A stretch of DNA of 63,662 nt, filler included, from 4 parts of 4 records of this genome joined end to end with filler, not necessarily neighbours in it; one strand, 5' to 3'; positions 18,567-28,554 are shown, counted from the whole stretch's first letter. Numbers and translations are program-made. The notes: a model not told the origin generated them from the letters alone.

Positions 18567-21050
18567 ATGGCAAAGTACTTGATTATAGGCGGCGTAGCCG
18601 GAGGAGCAACTACAGCTGCCCGATTACGAAGAATGGATGAATCGGCAGAAATTATCATGTTTGAAAGAGGTGAGCACATTTCATATGCGAATTGCGGACT
18701 TCCTTATTACGTTGGTGGTGTAATTACTGAAAGAGAGAATTTATTACTGCAAACTCCCGAAAGTTTTAACAAGCGCTTAAATGTTGATGTTCGTATCAAG
18801 AATGAAGTTCTTAAGATTAACAAAGCAGATAAAACGGTTGAGGTAGCTGATTTAATCAACAATACCACTTACATTGAATCTTATGACAAGTTGGTAGTAT
18901 CTCCTGGCGCAGAACCAATTAAACCTCCTATTCCTGGAATTAATGATGCTGCGATTTTTACTGTTCGAAATGTAAAAGATACAGATAAAATCAAAAGTTA
19001 TTACGATCAAAAACAACCACAAAAAGCTGTAGTTGTCGGTGCTGGATTTATTGGTCTGGAAATGGCAGAAAACCTTCACCATTTAGGTATGATGGTAACC
19101 ATTGTAGAAATGGCTGAACAAGTTATGACTCCATTGGACTACGAAATGGCTGCTGAAGTTCACCAACATCTTAAAACCAAAAATGTTGAGTTTTATCTGA
19201 AAGATGGTGTAAGTGAATTCAAACGTGAAGGCGATTATTTGAATGTACATTTGCAATCGGGTCGTAAGGTGGAAGCCGATATGGTGATTTTATCTATTGG
19301 TGTTCGTCCGGAAACGAAATTGATAAAAGAAGCTGGAATAGATTTGGCTCCAAATGGTGGAATTAAAGTAAATGAATATCTGCAAACAAGCGATGAACAT
19401 GTTTATGCTTTAGGAGATGCCATTGCTTTTCCTCATCCTATCACAGGAAAGTATACCAATGCCTATTTAGCTGGTCCGGCAAACAAACAAGGCAGACTAC
19501 TAGCTAACAACTTAGTATTAGGACACAAACACACATACAAAGGCGCTATTGCCACTGCTATTGCCAAAGTTTTCGATTTAACAGTTGGATCAACAGGATT
19601 GGCTGAGAAAGTATTGAAAAAAGAGGGAATTTCTTACGTTTCGAATATTACACATGGTGGCGAGCATGCGGGTTATTATCCAGGAGCATTGCCAACAACT
19701 ATAAAAATCATGTTCGATCCGGAGCATGGCAAATTATATGGTGCCCAAATAATTGGTTACAACGGTGTAGACAAACGTACCGATATGATTGCTACGGTTT
19801 TGCAAAAAGGTGGAACCATTTACGATCTTCAGGAAATTGAACATGCCTACGCACCACCCTACTCTTCAGCCAAAGATCCGGTTAATCAGGCAGGATTTAC
19901 TGCAGGAAACATTATTGAAGGATTGGTGAACATCATTCACTGGGATGAACTTCACCAGCTGCATGCGCCAAATAATTTTATTTTGGATGTAAGAACTCCG
20001 GATGAATTTGAACTTGGAAATATTGAAGGAGCTGTAAATATTGAGGTTGATCAGATCCGTAACCGACTGGATGAAATTCCTAAGGATAAGAAAATTATTA
20101 TCTACTGTGGAGTTGGTTTACGAGGTTATTTTGCCGCTAGAATCTTAATGCAAAAAGGATTCACCAATGTTTACAATTTAAGTGGAGGATACAAAACTTA
20201 CGAGCATGCAACTTGCAAGCAAAGTAACGAAGATATTTTCGAATCAAGTTATATTGCCAGAGACGGACACATCTATCGCGGAAAACCAAAGTCAAACAAA
20301 GAAGAAATTAAATCCGATTTAAAAACGATTGAAGTTGACGCGTGTGGCTTGCAATGTCCTGGACCAATTATCAAGTTGAAAAAGGAAATGGACAAGCTTG
20401 AAAATGGTCAGCGTTTACATCAAAAAGTAACCGATGCCGGATTTGTAAAAGATGCCGAAGCCTGGTGTAAAATGACTGGAAACAAATTAATATCTACTGA
20501 ATCAGATAAGGGAATTTATTCTGCCATTATCGAAAAACAAAAAGTAGAAAAAAGAACTACATCCGGATTTGCTGATATGCCAAAAAACAAAACCATGGTT
20601 GTTTTCTCTGATGAACTAGACAGAGCATTGGCTTCATTGGTTATTGCAAACGGTGCCGCTGCAACCGGAAACAAGGTTACCTTATTCTTCACTTTCTGGG
20701 GATTAAACATCATTAAGAAATCAAATAAACCAAAAGTTCAAAAAGATTTTATGGGCAAAATGTTTGGCAAGATGATGGCTGATGATGCTGGCGATTTGAA
20801 ACTATCGAAAATGAATATGATGGGCTTGGGATCGAAGATGATGAAGAAACGTATGCTTTCTAAAAAAGTAGATTCTTTAGAAGATATGCTACAAACTGCT
20901 ATGGAAAATGGCGTTGAAATGATTGCTTGTCAAATGTCTATGGATGTGATGGGCGTTGCCGCAGAGGAATTATTAGATGGCGTTCAAATTGGAGGAGTTG
21001 CCACCTATCTTTCCGAAGCTGAACAATCGAATTTGAATTTGTTCATCTAA
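18567..21050 (+). CDS. CoA-disulfide/persulfide reductase fused to rhodanese, TusA and DsrE-like domains
   Basis: GGVAGG, SYANCGLPY, GAGFIG, YAPPYS; rhodanese YCGVGLRG; TusA DACGLQCPGP; DsrE_2 FFTFWGL...ACQMSMDVMG. Confidence 0.93.
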   Translation: MAKYLIIGGVAGGATTAARLRRMDESAEIIMFERGEHISYANCGLPYYVGGVITERENLLLQTPESFNKRLNVDVRIKNEVLKINKADKTVEVADLINNTTYIESYDKLVVSPGAEPIKPPIPGINDAAIFTVRNVKDTDKIKSYYDQKQPQKAVVVGAGFIGLEMAENLHHLGMMVTIVEMAEQVMTPLDYEMAAEVHQHLKTKNVEFYLKDGVSEFKREGDYLNVHLQSGRKVEADMVILSIGVRPETKLIKEAGIDLAPNGGIKVNEYLQTSDEHVYALGDAIAFPHPITGKYTNAYLAGPANKQGRLLANNLVLGHKHTYKGAIATAIAKVFDLTVGSTGLAEKVLKKEGISYVSNITHGGEHAGYYPGALPTTIKIMFDPEHGKLYGAQIIGYNGVDKRTDMIATVLQKGGTIYDLQEIEHAYAPPYSSAKDPVNQAGFTAGNIIEGLVNIIHWDELHQLHAPNNFILDVRTPDEFELGNIEGAVNIEVDQIRNRLDEIPKDKKIIIYCGVGLRGYFAARILMQKGFTNVYNLSGGYKTYEHATCKQSNEDIFESSYIARDGHIYRGKPKSNKEEIKSDLKTIEVDACGLQCPGPIIKLKKEMDKLENGQRLHQKVTDAGFVKDAEAWCKMTGNKLISTESDKGIYSAIIEKQKVEKRTTSGFADMPKNKTMVVFSDELDRALASLVIANGAAATGNKVTLFFTFWGLNIIKKSNKPKVQKDFMGKMFGKMMADDAGDLKLSKMNMMGLGSKMMKKRMLSKKVDSLEDMLQTAMENGVEMIACQMSMDVMGVAAEELLDGVQIGGVATYLSEAEQSNLNLFI

Positions 21051-21071
21051 GAATATTATAGCATAAAAACT

Positions 21072-21108
21072 AAACCTGACGGATATCTACTATCTGTCAG
21101 GTTTTTTT
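21072..21108 (+). terminator. Rho-independent terminator
   Basis: AAACCTGACGGATA / TATCTGTCAGGTTT stem followed by a T-tract. Confidence 0.85.
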
Positions 21109-21252
21109 ATCATATAATGGTCAGCTTAAGACACTTTTTATGTACAATAATTATCATTTATTGCATAGTACAGGCATAGCGAAGGAACACCGAAGATACA
21201 CACTCCCTACTAAAGATGATATTATGGTTTAATTGCCATGTACATTTTTCAA

Positions 21253-21453
21253 TTAATCCTCATCCTCTAAAATGAATACATCTTCTACCTTGCATTCGAA
21301 AAATTGAGCCATTTTAAGCGCTAATACTGTTGATGGTACAAACTTTCCTTTCTCAATAGCATTTACCGTTTGTCTGGAAACACCCAATTGCTCAGCCAAT
21401 CCTGCCTGAGTAACATCCTTTTTGGCTCTTTCTACTTTTATTGTATTTTTCAC
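21253..21453 (-). CDS. XRE-family HTH transcriptional regulator
   Basis: TQAGLAEQLGVSRQTVNAIEKGKFVPSTVLALK; GTG start. Confidence 0.93.
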   Translation of the reverse strand: MKNTIKVERAKKDVTQAGLAEQLGVSRQTVNAIEKGKFVPSTVLALKMAQFFECKVEDVFILEDED

Positions 21454-21471
21454 AGCTCTCCTTTTTAATAC

Positions 21472-21945
21472 TTATTCAGTTCCAAACTTCCATTTTCTAT
21501 TATAGGCATAAATTACTGTAAAAAATAGAAGATGTAATTGCAAAATATAAAAATCTTCGAACTCATACTCGGGACCAAGCCAGTACACCAATCCGATAAA
21601 AATCCATGTGAAAAATAAGGCTTGAGTCAAAGATTTATACCTCAATTGTTGATAAAATTCGTCTTCAACTTTCTCTTTTGAAAACAAGTACAATGTAAAA
21701 CCAAGTAGAGATAATATAAGACCACCATTAACCCAAGGCTTTGCTTCTTCTTTGGTAAAATAGGGTGTGTACTTTAAAATACTATCCAATTCAGGATTAT
21801 CAATACTATTAATAGGTAGATCTTTATCTGCACTTAACCAGCCTCTATTAAAATCATCAATACCGCCAATAAAGGACAAGACAAATGCAATAAATACAAA
21901 TAGGATTCCAATCCTTTTAAAATAATATGGGAAATAGGTTCTCAT
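21472..21945 (-). CDS. Hypothetical 4-TM membrane protein paired with the XRE regulator
   Basis: Hydrophobic helices and SKEKVEDE..QLR motif. Confidence 0.85.
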   Translation of the reverse strand: MRTYFPYYFKRIGILFVFIAFVLSFIGGIDDFNRGWLSADKDLPINSIDNPELDSILKYTPYFTKEEAKPWVNGGLILSLLGFTLYLFSKEKVEDEFYQQLRYKSLTQALFFTWIFIGLVYWLGPEYEFEDFYILQLHLLFFTVIYAYNRKWKFGTE

Positions 21946-22571
21946 TCTGTCAATTTATAAGTTAAACTTTGATATTATTTTGTGCACAAAACAAATGTAA
22001 AGTTTATTTTACTTTTTGACAACTATTTACTTCTTTCTGTAAGATACAAAAGACATAACTTTAGTAAATATTAATTTTCCCAATTCACGATCAAGCTATT
22101 AATACTTTAAAATACATGGAATTACCAGACTGAATAGAATAACTCGTTTGTAATTTCTTAAATTCTCTCCAGAATTAAATATCATTCTATTAGAATTACT
22201 TAAACAAAAATCTAATTCTTGATTTTAACCTTAAGATTACATGCTGATATATTGGACTTTGCTCTTACAATTTCGTAAATTGCTACTGCTTAACTACCCT
22301 ATTATTTGATTTGCCCAAAGAGAATATTAATTCAGTTAAATACATTATCTGAGAGTAAATTCAGTTGCCTCAAGCTTAATCTCAATCTAGGACTCGACCA
22401 TGCAATTGATTGTACTCGAAATCATGTGCGTTATTCTCCTGTACAGCGCCACATGATATAAAATAAACAGTTCCGAACAGGAAATATAAAGTACTACATT
22501 GGTAGTGGTTAGTGGTTAACCGAAACAGCGGAATTTTTCCGTAGTCCCTTTGTCAGAGGAATTCTGCTGTT

Positions 22572-22808
22572 TCAATCTTCTTGCTCCTCTATCACCTCTT
22601 TCTTCGCATTTCTCATTCGTACATACACCATTGCCATAATGCTTAAAAAGCCAATCACCTTAAGATATTGTTTCAATAGTGAAATTGAATTGGCTTCCCA
22701 TGAGTTTAAAACATCCGAATTATTTATCAGTAAAATTCCTCCTACCGAAAGTACCAAAACGGCTAGTAAGCCAATCGTTAGTTTCGTTTTATTTGTCATT
22801 TTATTCAT
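22572..22808 (-). CDS. Small 2-TM membrane protein
   Basis: Two hydrophobic segments and an acidic tail. Start uncertain (22850, 22808 or 22799). Confidence 0.65.
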   Translation of the reverse strand: MNKMTNKTKLTIGLLAVLVLSVGGILLINNSDVLNSWEANSISLLKQYLKVIGFLSIMAMVYVRMRNAKKEVIEEQED

Positions 22809-22937
22809 TTTTTTGAGGCATGAAGGTAAATATTCTTTTCCTATATCCATTCTAAGAAGTTCGTAAACTGGAATATCAATCTAGAATTTCATATATTTAG
22901 TTATTTACATTTAAACTGATAACCAAAATAATAAACC

Positions 22938-24851
22938 ATGATTGATAAGATTAGTACTCTTGGAGGATACATACATGAGTATCAAAAAAGTGTTGAAAAC
23001 CCGGAAGCATTCTGGAGTAGAATTGCTGAAAGCTTCTTCTGGCGTAAAAAATGGGATAAAGTATTGGACTGGAATTTTTCCGAGCCAAGAATCAATTGGT
23101 TCGTTAATGGGAAAATGAACATTACCGAGAATATTTTTGAGAGACATCTTTTTACCAGAGGCGATCAGCCAGCAATCATCTGGGAACCAAATGATCCTTC
23201 GGATGAAAACAGAGTACTGACCTATAACGAACTGTTCGATCAAGTTCAAAAGTTTTCGAACGTAATGCTTGATTTGGGCATTAAAAAAGGAGATCGAATC
23301 GCCATTTATATGCCAATGATTCCTGAATTGGCAATAGCAATGCTGGCTTGTGCGAGAATTGGAGCCATACATTCTATCGTGTTTGCAGGATTTTCAGCCA
23401 ATTCGCTTGCTGATAGAATTAAGGATGCAGAAGCAAAGTTGGTCATTACATCCGATGGTGGATACAGAGGAAGTAAAATTATTCCCATAAAAGATATTGT
23501 GGACGAGGCAGTTGAGAACAGTCCATCCGTAGAGAAAGTAATCCTGGTTAAACGAACCAAATCCAAAATTACATTTAAAGAAAATAGAGATTTGTGGTGG
23601 CACGAATGCATGGCTAATGCAGAAGAAAAAAATAAAGCCGAACTAATGGATGCTGAAGATACATTGTTTATTCTTTATACATCCGGTTCAACCGATAAAC
23701 CCAAAGGTATCGTTCATACTTGTGGCGGTTATATGGTTTATTCAGCTTATACGTTCAAAAATGTATTCCAGTATAGCGATGGCGATGTCTATTTCTGTTC
23801 TGCTGACATTGGCTGGATAACAGGACATTCCTATATTATTTATGGTCCTTTACTAAATGGAGCAACAACTATGATGTTCGAAGGAATTCCAACTTATCCT
23901 GATGCAGGAAGATATTGGGATATTGTAAATAAATATGGTGTAGCTCAATTTTACACCGCTCCTACCGCTATTCGCTCCTTAATTTCAATGGGTCAGGAAT
24001 ATGTTGAGAACAAAGATTTAAGCACTTTAAAAGTATTGGGAACCGTTGGTGAACCCATTAACGAAGAGGCGTGGCACTGGTATCACGATCATATTGGGAA
24101 AAATCGTTGTCCTATTGTTGATACCTGGTGGCAGACTGAAACTGGTGGTATTTCCATTAGTCCAATTGCAGGAATTATTCCAACCAAACCAGGATTTGCA
24201 ACACTACCGCAACCAGGAATTCAACCCATTATTGTTGATGGAGATGGAAAGGAGCTATCGGGCAAGAGTGTAGAAGGAAATCTTTGTATAAAATATCCGT
24301 GGCCTGGAATGTTACGCACCATTTGGGGAGATCATGAAAGGTTTAAAAAAACTTATTTCAGTACATTCGACAAGCTTTATTTCTCGGGAGATGGCGTAAA
24401 AAGAGACGAAGATGGTTACTATCGAATTCTTGGTCGGGTTGACGATGTCATTAACGTATCTGGACACAGAATGGGAACTGCAGAGGTTGAGAATGCCATT
24501 AATGAGCACCCATTGGTAAATGAATCAGCCGTTGTAGGATATCCACATGATATTAAAGGGCAAGGAATATATGCTTTTGTGGTGTGTGGAGAATTGTCAA
24601 CTGGCGGCGAGGAAGGTATCAAAACAAGTATCCGTAAAGGTGTTACAAAAATAATCGGACCAATTGCCAAGCCTGATAAAATACTATTGGTAAGAGGATT
24701 ACCTAAAACCAGGTCGGGCAAAATCATGCGTAGAATTCTACGTAAAATCGCTCAAGGCGATTACTCCAACTTTGGAGATATTTCCACTTTATTAGATACT
24801 TCGGTAGTTGAAGAAATAATAAACGGAGCACTGGAAGAGGTAAAGGAATAA
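22938..24851 (+). CDS. acs: Acetyl-CoA synthetase (AMP-forming)
   Basis: ADIGWITGHSY, VGEPIN, DTWWQTETG, GRVDDVINVSGHR, PKTRSGKIMRR. The P-loop reads TSGSTDKPKG. Confidence 0.96.
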   Translation: MIDKISTLGGYIHEYQKSVENPEAFWSRIAESFFWRKKWDKVLDWNFSEPRINWFVNGKMNITENIFERHLFTRGDQPAIIWEPNDPSDENRVLTYNELFDQVQKFSNVMLDLGIKKGDRIAIYMPMIPELAIAMLACARIGAIHSIVFAGFSANSLADRIKDAEAKLVITSDGGYRGSKIIPIKDIVDEAVENSPSVEKVILVKRTKSKITFKENRDLWWHECMANAEEKNKAELMDAEDTLFILYTSGSTDKPKGIVHTCGGYMVYSAYTFKNVFQYSDGDVYFCSADIGWITGHSYIIYGPLLNGATTMMFEGIPTYPDAGRYWDIVNKYGVAQFYTAPTAIRSLISMGQEYVENKDLSTLKVLGTVGEPINEEAWHWYHDHIGKNRCPIVDTWWQTETGGISISPIAGIIPTKPGFATLPQPGIQPIIVDGDGKELSGKSVEGNLCIKYPWPGMLRTIWGDHERFKKTYFSTFDKLYFSGDGVKRDEDGYYRILGRVDDVINVSGHRMGTAEVENAINEHPLVNESAVVGYPHDIKGQGIYAFVVCGELSTGGEEGIKTSIRKGVTKIIGPIAKPDKILLVRGLPKTRSGKIMRRILRKIAQGDYSNFGDISTLLDTSVVEEIINGALEEVKE

Positions 24852-24857
24852 ATAATG

Positions 24858-24889
24858 AGAGGTTATCAATATGATAGCCTCTTTTTTTT
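24858..24889 (+). terminator. Rho-independent terminator after acs
   Basis: AGAGGTTATCA-ATA-TGATAGCCTCT followed by T8. Confidence 0.85.
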
Positions 24890-24979
24890 AGAATTATTGA
24901 TGCAAATAATAGCTATTCTTAACTCATTTATTTATCTTAAATGTGATAGATTAAATTGCCAATACACATAGCTAAATCA

Positions 24980-25903
24980 ATGAAAAAAGTTCTTATTACT
25001 CTCTTACTACTTATTCCATTATTCGGATTTTCTCAAAATGAATGGTATCAATTACAAATACCTGAACAAGGTTATAGCATTGAATTTCCTTCGCAACCGA
25101 AGGCAAGTAATAAAACCATTCCTTCAGAAATTGGGCAATTGCTCATAAAAATGCAGATTCTTGATTATTCGAAAGAGACCAATAAATCAACACTCTTATA
25201 TCTGTCTAATCATACCCTTTATCCTGAAGAATACGAAAGTTTTAAAGATACTGCTAACCTTCCAACCTTTTATAAGGAAGCAATTCATGGAGCTGTAACA
25301 AATGTAAATGGAAAACTTATATCTGAAAAAGATGTTTTCTATGAAAAGTATCCCGGTAAAGAAATTAAAATTGACTATGGAAATGGCTATGCTATTATAA
25401 CGGCACGTATGTTTCTTATTGGTTATGATATGTATATGATACAAACCATTACTGAAACAGCTAAAGATAACAATACCGAAATGCAAAAATATTTTGATTC
25501 TTTTAAATTGATCAAAAAAACCAAACAAATGAAAAAAGAATTCCTTGGCTTAAGAACAACAATTTATAAAGTTCCCAATTTGAACGAAGCAAAAGAATGG
25601 TACGAACAAGCGTTTGATACTAAAGCATATTTTGTTGAAGATTTTTATGTAGGTTTTAATATTGGTGGATATGAATTGGGCTTACTGCCCGAACCTGAAT
25701 CCGCAAGTCCAAAATCAGAAAATGTTCTATCCTATTGGGGTGTAGATGATATAAATGAAAGTTACTCCAGATTAATTGAAAATGGTGCAACCGAACATGA
25801 AAAGCCAATGAATGTTGGTGGTGAATTATGGGTAGCAAGTGTGAAGGATCCGTGGGATAATGTGATCGGAATAATTTACAACCCAACATTTACTTTGGAA
25901 TAA
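24980..25903 (+). CDS. Secreted PsbP-like domain in frame with a VOC/glyoxalase domain
   Basis: Signal peptide (MKKVLITLLLL...FSQ), YSIEFP...YFDSFKL, then an internal Met at 25529 opening a complete VOC protein (LRTTIYKV...KDPWDNVIG). Confidence 0.75.
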   Translation: MKKVLITLLLLIPLFGFSQNEWYQLQIPEQGYSIEFPSQPKASNKTIPSEIGQLLIKMQILDYSKETNKSTLLYLSNHTLYPEEYESFKDTANLPTFYKEAIHGAVTNVNGKLISEKDVFYEKYPGKEIKIDYGNGYAIITARMFLIGYDMYMIQTITETAKDNNTEMQKYFDSFKLIKKTKQMKKEFLGLRTTIYKVPNLNEAKEWYEQAFDTKAYFVEDFYVGFNIGGYELGLLPEPESASPKSENVLSYWGVDDINESYSRLIENGATEHEKPMNVGGELWVASVKDPWDNVIGIIYNPTFTLE

Positions 25904-25939
25904 TTTGAGGACTAATAATTTTACGATAAACCAATAAAA

Positions 25940-26689
25940 ATGAAAATCGGAATTGCTTTAGGAGGTGGTGGAGCAAGAGGATTTGCTCATTTGGGAGTGC
26001 TAAAAGCTCTCGAAGAAAAAGGCATTAAGCCAGATGTAATATCTGGTGTTAGTGCTGGTGCGCTAATTGGTGCTTTTATCGCTTCAGGTTTCAGCTATTC
26101 AAAAATTCTTCGAGCACTTAAGAATAAAGGCGTTATGGCCTATTCTAAATGGCAATATCCACGTCATGGATTGTTTAGTCTTAACGGATTGGAGAAAGAG
26201 GTGAAGAAACACATTAAAACCAAGTTGATAGAAAATCTTAAAATTCCCCTTTTTATTGCTGTTTCTAACCTAAACGATGGACGTGTTGAATACATTAAGG
26301 AAGGTGATTTAATAGAGTATCTGCTAGCATCTGTCAGTATTCCTGTTCTGTTTTCGCCTGTATTAATAAATGATAAAATGTATGTTGACGGAGGTTTGTT
26401 CGACAATTTACCCATTTCTCCCCTGTTGAATAAATGTGATGTGATAATTGCCGTAAATGTTAGTCCTATCCAAAAAATTGAAAAATTTGATAATCTGGTT
26501 CAGGTGGCATCAAGAACCTTTCAATTGGGAGTTCACTCTAATGTGATCAGACACAAAGAAAAATGTTCACTCTTAATAGAACCTAAAGGTCTGAGAGATT
26601 ATGAAATTTTAAATGGAAATAAGGCTCAGGAAATCTTTAAATTAGGATACGATTACACCAAAAACCTGGACATTCCCAAATTTGAATAA
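25940..26689 (+). CDS. Patatin-like phospholipase
   Basis: GGGGARG, GVSAG and DGG motifs. Confidence 0.94.
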   Translation: MKIGIALGGGGARGFAHLGVLKALEEKGIKPDVISGVSAGALIGAFIASGFSYSKILRALKNKGVMAYSKWQYPRHGLFSLNGLEKEVKKHIKTKLIENLKIPLFIAVSNLNDGRVEYIKEGDLIEYLLASVSIPVLFSPVLINDKMYVDGGLFDNLPISPLLNKCDVIIAVNVSPIQKIEKFDNLVQVASRTFQLGVHSNVIRHKEKCSLLIEPKGLRDYEILNGNKAQEIFKLGYDYTKNLDIPKFE

Positions 26690-26764
26690 TTTAAATTATC
26701 AGATAATAAACCTATATTTATATTAATCAATCTTTTACCCAATTAACTCTATTAAAACCCTAAG

Positions 26765-27205
26765 ATGATTTCAAAAAAAACAAAGGCAATTGAAGCCTTT
26801 AACTCAGGTATGAACTGTGCTCAATCGGTTCTGTTAGCTTATTCCGAACAATTTAAATTAGATGAAAATCTTGCCTTTCAAATTTCAAGTGGATTTGGTG
26901 GTGGTATGGGAAGACTTCAGAAAACCTGTGGAGCAGTAACTGGTGCTTTTATGGTTATAGGAATTCACAATTGCGAAAAGTATTCCAATCACAGATTGCA
27001 GACTGACAATAATAGGTCGATGATTCAGGAGTTTAATCGAATATTTCTGACAAAACACGAATCTTTAGATTGTAAAGAACTTATTAAATGTGATTTGAAT
27101 ACCAAAGAAGGTCAGGAATATTCCAAGAAGAATCAAGTCAAAAAAAATATATGCGAAAAATGCATTACCAATTCTATAGAAATTGTTGAGGCTTTACTAA
27201 ACTAA
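26765..27205 (+). CDS. C-GCAxxG-C-C family putative redox protein
   Basis: NCAQSV, GFGGG, TCGAVTG and later Cys residues. Confidence 0.92.
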   Translation: MISKKTKAIEAFNSGMNCAQSVLLAYSEQFKLDENLAFQISSGFGGGMGRLQKTCGAVTGAFMVIGIHNCEKYSNHRLQTDNNRSMIQEFNRIFLTKHESLDCKELIKCDLNTKEGQEYSKKNQVKKNICEKCITNSIEIVEALLN

Positions 27206-27208
27206 AAT

Positions 27209-27234
27209 AAAAAAGCAGGCTTAAAGCCTGCTTT
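27209..27234. terminator. Terminator hairpin between convergent genes
   Basis: AAAGCAGGCT-TAA-AGCCTGCTTT preceded by an A-tract. Confidence 0.8.
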
Positions 27235-27240
27235 CTATAT

Positions 27241-28554
27241 TTATAATGTTTCACTAATTTCTATTTCAAATAGTTTTTCCATTACTTCCTTCACCTCATT
27301 CAAATCTGGGTTGATATCAAAAACATGTGAAGGTTTCAAATAACAAACTTCCTTCTCACGTTTGAATCGTTCCTCTCCTCCACCTGTAATATTAAGCATT
27401 ACACAGGCATCTTTATCCAATTTCCCTTCCTGAGCATATTTTATTAAAGTAGCTGTTGCCACCGCCGCTGCAGGATGAATATCGTTACCTTCGGTTTCTT
27501 CAAAGATTTTTGCTGCTTCCATAGCTTCCTCGTTGGTAGCTTTTAAAACATCACCGCCTGCATCTTTCATTGCATCGTACAAACCGCCTTTAATCGAATA
27601 TGGAGGTTTACGATTCGATAATACTTTTGCTACAATTTCTTCAACCTGCTTTCTTGCCAAATTATCATCCAATGGTAACATTTCACGCGAATCCTCTTTC
27701 CATGCATCATACATTGGCAAGAATGGAGTATTTTGAGAAACCATTAACTTCATCTTATTGGAGCCAAATCTACCGTCTTCGATAAAACGTAAATTAGCTT
27801 CCCAGGCTGCAATAGCACCAGTACCTGAACCTACTGCCTGGAAATAGTAATCAGGAATTTTTCCAATCTCAGTAACAGCTGAATTAACCGTACAAGCCAT
27901 ACCATCACGACGAGCAACATTCTTAGCTCCTCCTTCGGCAATAAAACCATCTAACTGACAAGCAATATTTGAAAGATGAATGGCATCAAAATAATCACTA
28001 CCCGATTTAGTAGCCACCAAACGTACATTGTCCTTTATAGCTTCATCAAACCACAAAGCATTAATATTATCTTCAGGCACACACAATAACAATGGAATAT
28101 TATTATCAGAACAAACTCTAGCAAAAGCTCGTGCAGTATTTCCTGCAGATGCAACCACTAATATTTGATTGTTATCTTCTAATCGACCTCCTACTGAATA
28201 AGCCTCTGTCTCTTTAAAAGAGCAAGTTCTAAATTTCGCACCTTTCTCTGGCCAATAACCACTAAAAGTGATGTAAAGATTATTCAAGCCTAGATACTTT
28301 GCTAAACCTTCACTTTTATAGGTAGCAGGAGCTGAAGAGCCTTCAAGAGTTTTATGTATAGGTAACCAATCTGAAAATTTATAAATCCCCAAAGCGTTAT
28401 CTTTAACATTTATCTGCTTTTTATCGTAAATTGCTCTTATCAAGCATGGCTTATCTTCTCCAGGAGCATCAAGAGTCCATCCTGCATCAGCAAATCTTTT
28501 TCCAGTCTGCATTGACTCAAGTATGAAGTCAGTCGGTCGAAAATCTTTTGTCAT
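27241..28554 (-). CDS. Cysteate synthase (threonine-synthase-like PLP enzyme)
   Basis: FSGYWPE.GA...TCSFKETEA, VASAGNTARAF, EGGAKNVARRDG, YFQAVGSGTG, VLSNRKPPY and LNITGGG match the Methanosarcina-type cysteate synthase family. Start placed at MTKDF. Confidence 0.88.
   Translation of the reverse strand: MTKDFRPTDFILESMQTGKRFADAGWTLDAPGEDKPCLIRAIYDKKQINVKDNALGIYKFSDWLPIHKTLEGSSAPATYKSEGLAKYLGLNNLYITFSGYWPEKGAKFRTCSFKETEAYSVGGRLEDNNQILVVASAGNTARAFARVCSDNNIPLLLCVPEDNINALWFDEAIKDNVRLVATKSGSDYFDAIHLSNIACQLDGFIAEGGAKNVARRDGMACTVNSAVTEIGKIPDYYFQAVGSGTGAIAAWEANLRFIEDGRFGSNKMKLMVSQNTPFLPMYDAWKEDSREMLPLDDNLARKQVEEIVAKVLSNRKPPYSIKGGLYDAMKDAGGDVLKATNEEAMEAAKIFEETEGNDIHPAAAVATATLIKYAQEGKLDKDACVMLNITGGGEERFKREKEVCYLKPSHVFDINPDLNEVKEVMEKLFEIEISETL

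Noticed and set aside
22509-22574. UGA followed immediately by a hairpin (possible SECIS/selenocysteine readthrough)
   Set aside because: Readthrough adds only NSRIPLTKGLRKNSAVSVNH with no redox context, and the stem pairs better on the opposite strand.
18567-28554. Persulfide reductase and cysteate synthase as one sulfur pathway cluster
   Set aside because: About 6 kb apart, on opposite strands and separated by unrelated genes and terminators.
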